From: Candidatus Heimdallarchaeota archaeon
GTDB lineage: Archaea > Asgardarchaeota > Heimdallarchaeia > Heimdallarchaeales > Heimdallarchaeaceae
Direction of reading: 5' to 3'
Length of the DNA: 15,752 nt
Assembly (NCBI GenBank): GCA_016839945.1
Contig: JAEOTE010000047.1
Coordinates: forward strand, 1-15,752
In this document: positions 8,817 through 15,096 of the stretch, piece by piece
Position numbering within the stretch: the first letter of the stretch is position 1
How the letters are laid out: each line of letters starts with the position of its first letter
Position numbers and translations under genes: made by a program
Notes under the pieces: generated by a model
What the model saw: the letters and a program-made list of their open reading frames with translations, nothing else
Databases searched by the model: none
Told to the model about the DNA's origin: nothing

Positions 8817-9335
8817 ATGAAGAAGGAAGATGTAATAAAAATCTTAGTCGAAGATCACAAAAAAATGGAAACTGTTGTAAGTTTATTAACCAAAGAAGAA
8901 ATGCTGAAGATACGAGTTTTAGATGTATGGAGCATTAAAGATGTTATAGCTCATCTTTCTGCCTGGAATCTCGAATTAACAAAATCTATTGATATTATTT
9001 TAAAGAATGAAGAATTATGGTTCCTTAATACTGGTGATAAAGAATTTAACAAAATTCAAGTCACTAAGAGGAAATCCTATTCACTTGATGAAATAACTGA
9101 AGAATGGCACAAATCTTTCAAATCCCTGATTGATAGAATAAATGATCTATCAGAAAATGAATGGAACTTTCAATCAAACTTCTATTGGGGAAGTAAAGCC
9201 GATTATGGAAAATATCCTGTAACTGTAAAATCACTTTTTGAGTACAAATATAAAGGAGAGAGCCATGAAGGAGGACACGCTAAACAGATAGAAGAATACT
9301 TTGATAGAGATGATTGCTCTTGTCAAATCTACTAG
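8817..9335 (+). CDS. DinB/YfiT superfamily four-helix-bundle protein (ClbS/DfsB, DUF1706-like)
   Basis: N-terminal WSIKDVIAHLSAW motif and C-terminal HEGGHAKQI (HxxxH) form the His metal-binding triad; length 172 aa. Confidence 0.85.
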   Translation: MKKEDVIKILVEDHKKMETVVSLLTKEEMLKIRVLDVWSIKDVIAHLSAWNLELTKSIDIILKNEELWFLNTGDKEFNKIQVTKRKSYSLDEITEEWHKSFKSLIDRINDLSENEWNFQSNFYWGSKADYGKYPVTVKSLFEYKYKGESHEGGHAKQIEEYFDRDDCSCQIY

Positions 9336-9385
9336 TCTAAGAAATGTCTCATCTGAATGTTTAAATTCTCTTTATAATCGTATTC

Positions 9386-10690
9386 ATGTTCATGATACTT
9401 CGTAATTATTTATCAAATAAAGGACAAAATATTGATGAAAAAATAGATCTTTCAGCTGGTACTTTAGCATGGAACCTTAGAGCCAAGAAGAGATCTAGAG
9501 AATTTGAAGGTTTTATTGATGCAACAATAGGGAGTGGGTGTGATAATGAAGGATCACTTCTAACAATGCCTACTTTAGTTGAAGAATTCAATAACTTATC
9601 AGGAAACCAATTATTCAGATATTCCCATTTACGTGGTATGTCTGATTTTGTTCATGCTTGGAAAAAAGACACAATGAAAAGTTTTCCTAATCATCTTGTG
9701 GAAAAGACTGATCAATATTCAACTTTGCCCATAACATCCATTGGTATAACTGGAGGATTGTCAATTGTAGGTGAAGCATTTTTTAATCCTGGCGAAGCTT
9801 TACTCGTTCCAAATTCAAGATGGGGAAACGTTGATAATGTTTTTCTTAAAAATCAACAATTACGAGGTATCAATTATAACTTATTAGATGAGAATGGGAA
9901 CCTTAATTTCCTTGATTTATCTGCTCAAATAAAAAGAGCATCAATCGAAGAGGAGAAACTCGGAATATACCTCAATTTTCCAAATAATCCATCTGGAATA
10001 AGTCCAACGTTTGAGCAATTAAAGCATCTACAAGAAACCCTTTCAGAGCTATCAAAACCAACAATTGTTATTCTGGATGATGCTTATGAAGGATTTGTGT
10101 ATGAAGAAAACACAATTAATCATTCACTCTTTCCCCATCTAGTAGGATTGAATGAAAACGTAATAGTAGCTAAAGTTGATGGAGCATCCAAAAGGTACTG
10201 TGCCTATGGAGCAAGACTAGGACTTGTAACTGTTGGATTTGGTTCTGAAGTTGAGGATCAAGAAAAATTTCAAGTTAGAGAATTATTAGCTAAAATTGCT
10301 AGATCAACTACTTCTTCTCCCCCTAGAGGAATCCAAGAAGCTCTACTAAACATTTTTACAGATGAAAAGAAAAATGAACAAATTGAAAAAGAGAAAAAAC
10401 ATGTTTTTGAGGTTCTTAAAAATAGATATTACAAAATTAAGAAACTATCTGAAGAAAAAGAAAGTAAAATACTCTTGCCTGCTAAATTTAATTCCGGTTT
10501 CTTCAGTTATTATCTAATAAAAACTCATCAATCAGCAGTAGAAATTGGATCCAAACTTTTAGAACGAGGTTTAGGAACAGTTCCATTCGTTAATAACGAG
10601 AATGGATTAAATGGCATAAGAGTTGCATATTGCTCAATTGCTGACGAAGATATTTCTAAAGCCATAGATATCTTATATTCTACTTATTAA
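9386..10690 (+). CDS. PLP-dependent aminotransferase class I/II
   Basis: Motifs DATIG, GITGGL, WGN, NFPNNPSG, DDAYEG, KVDGASK...GARLG (PLP lysine), NSGFF and IRVAY. The start could alternatively be the ATG at 9392. Confidence 0.92.
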   Translation: MFMILRNYLSNKGQNIDEKIDLSAGTLAWNLRAKKRSREFEGFIDATIGSGCDNEGSLLTMPTLVEEFNNLSGNQLFRYSHLRGMSDFVHAWKKDTMKSFPNHLVEKTDQYSTLPITSIGITGGLSIVGEAFFNPGEALLVPNSRWGNVDNVFLKNQQLRGINYNLLDENGNLNFLDLSAQIKRASIEEEKLGIYLNFPNNPSGISPTFEQLKHLQETLSELSKPTIVILDDAYEGFVYEENTINHSLFPHLVGLNENVIVAKVDGASKRYCAYGARLGLVTVGFGSEVEDQEKFQVRELLAKIARSTTSSPPRGIQEALLNIFTDEKKNEQIEKEKKHVFEVLKNRYYKIKKLSEEKESKILLPAKFNSGFFSYYLIKTHQSAVEIGSKLLERGLGTVPFVNNENGLNGIRVAYCSIADEDISKAIDILYSTY

Positions 10691-10710
10691 AAAAGAAAAA
10701 GAAAAAAAAG
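10689..10710 (-). terminator. Oligo-T terminator for the plsY-like gene (convergent junction)
   Basis: Plus strand AAAAAAGAAAAAGAAAAAAAAG lies between the convergent stops at 10690 and 10713. Confidence 0.55.
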
Positions 10711-10712
10711 GA

Positions 10713-11447
10713 TTATTTAAGAGCTTCATCAGCTTTTCCTTTGAATATTTTCCAAAGTTTCATTCTTGATGCTTCACCGCTTCTTATCTTGTCAAAGTTA
10801 GCTTTTTGTCTAGTTATTACTACAATTGTTGTTGCAAACATTGCAATCATTGTTACTAAACCAAACGTGGGATCCGTTATTGTATTTGGATCTGCTACCA
10901 TTCCCATTGGAGATAAGAACCAAGGCCACCAGAAGAATATAACTCCCATGACAATGAAACTGACAATATAAGTAATAGAGCTATAGAAGCAAACCATACT
11001 TAATCCAAAGAATGAAACAAGCCATAAAGGTAAGAATACAGGATTGAAAAATATCATTGATCCTAATGTTGAAGCTACACCTCTACCTGCGTGGCTAAGT
11101 AACCATATACACCAGTTATGTCCAAGAATTGCAGCTGGTCCTGCAAAAGTAATAACCCATGCATCACTGTGTCCAACTGTATAAGAGATAATAACAGCTA
11201 TCCACATTGCAAAAAATCCTTTCAGTATATCCAATATAGCAACAACAATTCCTGCAGTATAAGCTATGCTATTTGGCTTCTCTTTGTGTTGAAAAGCTCT
11301 AACAACATTTCTTCCACCAACATTTTTAGATCCTATAGTACGTATATCTAATCCTCCTAAGAAGATTTTAACAGTAATAAAAGCGAATGGAATGGAACCT
11401 AGAAAATAACCAATTGCTGTTGCCCAAATGACATCAACTGTTATCAT
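10713..11447 (-). CDS. plsY: Glycerol-3-phosphate acyltransferase PlsY-family protein (divergent)
   Basis: Motifs GYFLGSIP, DIRTIGSKNVGGRNVVR (motif 1), DILKG, AAILGHNW, AGRGVAS (motif 2) and RQKANFDKIRSGE (motif 3-like); multi-TM protein. Confidence 0.85.
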   Translation of the reverse strand: MITVDVIWATAIGYFLGSIPFAFITVKIFLGGLDIRTIGSKNVGGRNVVRAFQHKEKPNSIAYTAGIVVAILDILKGFFAMWIAVIISYTVGHSDAWVITFAGPAAILGHNWCIWLLSHAGRGVASTLGSMIFFNPVFLPLWLVSFFGLSMVCFYSSITYIVSFIVMGVIFFWWPWFLSPMGMVADPNTITDPTFGLVTMIAMFATTIVVITRQKANFDKIRSGEASRMKLWKIFKGKADEALK

Positions 11448-11468
11448 AACTGCAATTTTTTCAAGCTT

Positions 11469-11477
11469 CTTTAAAAA
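11469..11477 (-). promoter_or_regulatory. TATA-like box (leaderless layout) for plsY
   Basis: Minus strand TTTTTAAAG lies 22-30 nt upstream of the ATG at 11447, preceded by AAAG. Confidence 0.55.
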
Positions 11478-11585
11478 CTTTGTTCAGTCTTTATTAGTGC
11501 TAAGATTAACAAAAAATGCATTAAAAATATTATTGATTTCATAATGCTAAGTATTGCTTAAGGCATAATTATTTATAGTATTATC

Positions 11586-11600
11586 AAAAAGAAAAAAGAG
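11586..11600 (-). terminator. Oligo-T terminator after the recombinase gene
   Basis: Plus strand AAAAAGAAAAAAGAG lies immediately beyond the stop at 11604. Confidence 0.5.
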
Positions 11601-11603
11601 ATT

Positions 11604-12353
11604 TTAGCTGTAGAAGTCGTCTTCCTCTCTAATCTCAATATCTCCTTCTTTAATCACAGGTTCTACTTGATAGACTATTTTACCTTTCCAGAAATACTCA
11701 CCAGTTCTGTAAATAGGATTTTTCCTAAGGTAAGCTAAAGTGCTTCTAGGGATATCATACTTATTACTGATTGTTGACATAGTGACATTATCTTCAAACA
11801 TCTGGAAAATTTCAACTAGTTTTGGTCTTACTTCTTCATCAACAATAAGTTTACCATCTTCGATTTTGTAACCGTAAGGAGGACGGCTCATTATTTTTTG
11901 GTCTTGAATCCTTCTTTTTATACCGTACATGCGTTTAGCTCTGTACTTTTTCAACTCTTCTTCTCCAAGAAGATCATAGATTCTAGTAACCAGCATTTCA
12001 TCAGATTCTTCTGTTGCTCTGATTTCTACACCCATTGTTCTAAGAAGTACCGATGAATATCCAAGCATGTCAACTTCTCTGGAGATCCTATCTCTTGTTT
12101 GTACCCAAACTTCTCTTACTGGATTTTCTGGATGGTCTTTTAGAGTTTCAGAAATGAAATTCATCATCTCTCTAAAACCTGGTCTTTCTTCCACGTGACT
12201 ATCGCCTGAAACATCTTCATCAACAAAAGTTTGCATAATATGTCTATAGCCTATTGATTGTATTTTCTTATTTATAACATCTACTTGAGTGTCTTTTCCC
12301 GTTTCTTGATCTGCGGTACTAACTCTAACATAAGTAACTACATTAATATGCAT
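11604..12353 (-). CDS. Serine recombinase (resolvase catalytic domain plus compact recombinase DNA-binding domain)
   Basis: YVRVST (catalytic Ser), DEDVSG, ERPGF, TRDRISR, a long helix E, PPYGY and NPIY..G...EPVI. There is no C-terminal zinc-ribbon or coiled-coil region. Confidence 0.9.
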   Translation of the reverse strand: MHINVVTYVRVSTADQETGKDTQVDVINKKIQSIGYRHIMQTFVDEDVSGDSHVEERPGFREMMNFISETLKDHPENPVREVWVQTRDRISREVDMLGYSSVLLRTMGVEIRATEESDEMLVTRIYDLLGEEELKKYRAKRMYGIKRRIQDQKIMSRPPYGYKIEDGKLIVDEEVRPKLVEIFQMFEDNVTMSTISNKYDIPRSTLAYLRKNPIYRTGEYFWKGKIVYQVEPVIKEGDIEIREEDDFYS

Positions 12354-12373
12354 AGTTGTAAGAAGGTCCCTCC

Positions 12374-12382
12374 TTTTTATAA
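12374..12382 (-). promoter_or_regulatory. TATA-like box for the recombinase gene
   Basis: Minus strand TTATAAAAA lies 21-29 nt upstream of the ATG at 12353. Confidence 0.5.
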
Positions 12383-12468
12383 CGTATTGTAATATTTAGA
12401 TGATATACGCTCTAAGAATGTTTTTGTCGGATATAGTATCATATCTGTGAAATAGAAGTAAACAAAGG

Positions 12469-12476
12469 TTTAAGAA
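12469..12476 (+). promoter_or_regulatory. TATA-like box for the SDR gene
   Basis: TTTAAGAA lies 22-29 nt upstream of the ATG at 12498, preceded by purine-rich AAACAAAGG. Confidence 0.5.
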
Positions 12477-12497
12477 CGGAATATTAAGAAAAAACCA

Positions 12498-13289
12498 ATG
12501 AATATCGTAATTACTGGAAGCTCACAAGGGATAGGTTTTCAGCTAGCTAAAGAATTCTTAAATCATGGGGATAAAGTAGTTATTTCCTCTAGTAATGAAG
12601 ATAGAATAAATAAAGCAATAGAGGATTTAAAATCGGAATTTCCAGAAGAAAATGTGAATGGAATTGTATGCAATGTTACAAATCCAGACAATATTAGAAC
12701 TTTAGTGGATTTTTCTTTAGATAAGTTAGGATTTATTGATATTTGGATAAATAATGCAGGAACTACCGGATTTGAATATGATAAACACATCAATATCTCA
12801 GATAAAGCGATTGAAACAGCTGTAAAAACAAATATGTTAGGAACCTTATTTGGTTCTCGAGAAGCTCTCAAAGTATTGTTAAAACAAGGAAAAGGAAAAA
12901 TTATCAATTTAGGTGGATATGGTACTAATGGAATGGCTTCTCCAAACTTAGCTTCCTATGGAGCAACTAAGAGCTCAATTCCTCAACTTACAAAAACTCT
13001 AATCAAAGAAACAAAGAACAAAAAAATTGGTGTCCATATACTCCTCCCAGGGATGGTTTTAACTGATCTTCTACTGAAAAACGCTGATGCAAGAGCTAAA
13101 AAGTTTTTCAACATAACTGCAGAAAAACCTGAGACAATAGCTAAGAAACTTGTACCAAAAATCAGAGAGATAAAAGGAACTGGGAAGAAAATCAAATTCA
13201 ATAGTTCGTTAAAATTTTTCTGGATAATGATGACAGCATGGAGACGTAAAAATCGTTTCTTTGATGATGAAGGAAATCCTGTAGATTAG
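12498..13289 (+). CDS. Short-chain dehydrogenase/reductase (classical SDR, NOL/NYC1-like subfamily)
   Basis: TGSSQGIG Rossmann motif, IDIWINNAG, catalytic YGATK and PGMVLTDLL. Its stop overlaps the convergent GT-C gene's stop (TTAG, 13286-13289). Confidence 0.92.
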   Translation: MNIVITGSSQGIGFQLAKEFLNHGDKVVISSSNEDRINKAIEDLKSEFPEENVNGIVCNVTNPDNIRTLVDFSLDKLGFIDIWINNAGTTGFEYDKHINISDKAIETAVKTNMLGTLFGSREALKVLLKQGKGKIINLGGYGTNGMASPNLASYGATKSSIPQLTKTLIKETKNKKIGVHILLPGMVLTDLLLKNADARAKKFFNITAEKPETIAKKLVPKIREIKGTGKKIKFNSSLKFFWIMMTAWRRKNRFFDDEGNPVD

Positions 13290-14938
13290 AATTCTTCTAT
13301 TTCTTTTTTCTTACTATTTCTTCTGAAAACTCTTCTATAGAATCTTACAATTCTCAAATATGCAGATTTAAAGAAAAATTTGATATCTTCCTTCAATATT
13401 CGATAATTCTCTTTTTTAATCAAACTCTTGTAAAAATCTAATGGTATAAAGAATGAGATAAAGAATGTTAACCCTAATAATATCGTTGGGTGCATGAATC
13501 TGATTGTTATCATTATGAACCAATTTATTCCATAAACTGCAACCATACAAACTAAGAAAGAGAAGCACAACGCAACAAAGTAGAGAGTTTCTTTTGATAA
13601 AGAGAAAAACAAAACATCTTCAGATTCACTTGCATCATTATTCTGGATGATTATTCCTCTCTTTTTATCAATGCTTTTCTTTAGCTTTATTAGTCCTCGA
13701 TTAACAAACAGAAGAGAGAATAGTATCAAGAATGGTGATAGGAATATATCATAATACTTGAAAATACCTCTTGCCATGAAAACGTGGATTATAAGTAATA
13801 ACCATGTTAAATAGCTGATAAATACAGTCTCATCTTTACTTATTTTTTGAGCATTAAAATGACCTACGAGTAAAGCTACTCCATAGAAGAGGATAAATGG
13901 TATCATTGGAATATTGATGTACATATAAACATTAGCTAAGAATTTTGATCCTAGATGAAGAATGGAATGTGCTAAAGTAACTCCATGCCTAATCCCTTCT
14001 TCCGTCAATGTAACATACCATAAAGATCGACCCGCAGCAAAAATTCTTCCAACATACAAATGAGGTGTTAAGAATATCCACGGTATAGCTAATAACAGAT
14101 TCGAGAAAAGAAAAGGTCTTAGGAATTTTTTATACGCAAATGAAAGATCATGATTCTTCCAGAGAATTGAAAATAAAGGAATCAAGAAGAAAAGAGGTAT
14201 TTGTTTCGATAAGAATGCTATTGTAAGAAAATAAGCTGATAGTCTATATTTTTCTCGAAGAAAGAAAATTAACATTACTAATGTAAAAAAAGTCATTTGT
14301 GGTCCATTCAGATGAACCGAATCTATGTACAATAAATTAACTGGCAGGAAGATGTAAGCAAATGCTGCAATTAATCCAATTATGTGTCTTCTAATTTTTT
14401 TATCTTTGAAATCTTTTAAACATAGAATCAGAATGTAAATCATAACTACTGATAAAGCATCATAAGTTAATGCAGTCCATTTTACTGATTTCTGGAGTAA
14501 AAACTCTCTAGCTAGATTTGGTTCAAAAGCACTTACGAACAATGATGTAAAATATAAACTATAGATAAAAATAGGACCATACAAGTAATAATCCAATTCT
14601 CCTTCAGTTCGAGCATAAGGATTCCATCCATCATAACGAAAAGCTTCAAGAAAGCTATCATAATAATAAATCGAGTCTTGGTAAATCTCAAAATACCATA
14701 TAACTGGTCCTTTTTCAGTCATATGAGTATAGCTAAAAGACCATTGTACTTCATTAAATATTCTTTCTCCAATAATGTCTTTCAGATACATAGCTAAAGA
14801 AAATAATGCTATAGAGATAATGCATATCAATAAAATTTCAAAATTGATATATCTTCTATGATCTCTAATAATAAAGCCAAAATCAATTCTCTTTTCTTTG
14901 CGTAATGTTGACATGGAGATGTTTGAAGTTATTATCAC
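13286..14938 (-). CDS. GT-C fold polytopic membrane glycosyltransferase (GT87/PIG-M-like mannosyltransferase type)
   Basis: First TM is followed by a luminal loop with an acidic motif (YQDSIYYY), NPYAR and YLYGPIF; KQIPLFFLIP follows; more than ten TM helices. The annotated GTG start at 14938 may be wrong: the ATG at 14914 has a TATA-like CTTAAAA about 28-35 nt upstream. Confidence 0.72.
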   Translation of the reverse strand: MIITSNISMSTLRKEKRIDFGFIIRDHRRYINFEILLICIISIALFSLAMYLKDIIGERIFNEVQWSFSYTHMTEKGPVIWYFEIYQDSIYYYDSFLEAFRYDGWNPYARTEGELDYYLYGPIFIYSLYFTSLFVSAFEPNLAREFLLQKSVKWTALTYDALSVVMIYILILCLKDFKDKKIRRHIIGLIAAFAYIFLPVNLLYIDSVHLNGPQMTFFTLVMLIFFLREKYRLSAYFLTIAFLSKQIPLFFLIPLFSILWKNHDLSFAYKKFLRPFLFSNLLLAIPWIFLTPHLYVGRIFAAGRSLWYVTLTEEGIRHGVTLAHSILHLGSKFLANVYMYINIPMIPFILFYGVALLVGHFNAQKISKDETVFISYLTWLLLIIHVFMARGIFKYYDIFLSPFLILFSLLFVNRGLIKLKKSIDKKRGIIIQNNDASESEDVLFFSLSKETLYFVALCFSFLVCMVAVYGINWFIMITIRFMHPTILLGLTFFISFFIPLDFYKSLIKKENYRILKEDIKFFFKSAYLRIVRFYRRVFRRNSKKKEIEEF

Positions 14939-15028
14939 ACTTTTTTAAGATTTGCTAGCTAAATTCAAAAAACAAAAGTGTTTATATGAACAAAATTACC
15001 TTTTGAAGAGTAATATTTATTTTATTAC

Positions 15029-15074
15029 TTCTTGCAAGAATTTAATTATTGCAGAAACCTAATTCTTATAAGAA
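15029..15074. promoter_or_regulatory. Pair of 12-bp palindromes TTCTT-N2-AAGAA (putative operators); the second overlaps the TATA box
   Basis: TTCTTGCAAGAA at 15029-15040 and TTCTTATAAGAA at 15063-15074 are both perfect palindromes. CTTATAAG (15065-15072) is 25-32 nt upstream of the ATG at 15097. Confidence 0.6.
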
Positions 15075-15096
15075 GAATCTTATGTGCTAAGCGTAG

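Noticed and set aside
9406-9591. 61-aa - strand ORF
   Set aside because: It is antisense within the aminotransferase.
10741-11351. ORFs 10741-10971(+) and the Cys/Asn-rich 11118-11351(+)
   Set aside because: They are antisense to plsY. The Cys-richness derives from reverse-complemented Ala/Thr codons, so it is not a real Cys-rich peptide.
12367-12373. GGAGGGA SD-like sequence upstream of the recombinase
   Set aside because: It lies 14 nt from the ATG and directly downstream of the TATA-like box, so it is probably upstream of the transcription start; not called as an RBS.
11448-12497. Recombinase as an IS607-type element or integrated island
   Set aside because: There is no N-terminal MerR-like HTH, no tnpB, no matching direct or inverted repeats between the two flanks that I could see by eye, no tRNA target and no cargo genes.
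12563-13201. ORFs 12563-12907(-) and 12983-13201(-)
   Set aside because: They are antisense shadows of the SDR gene.
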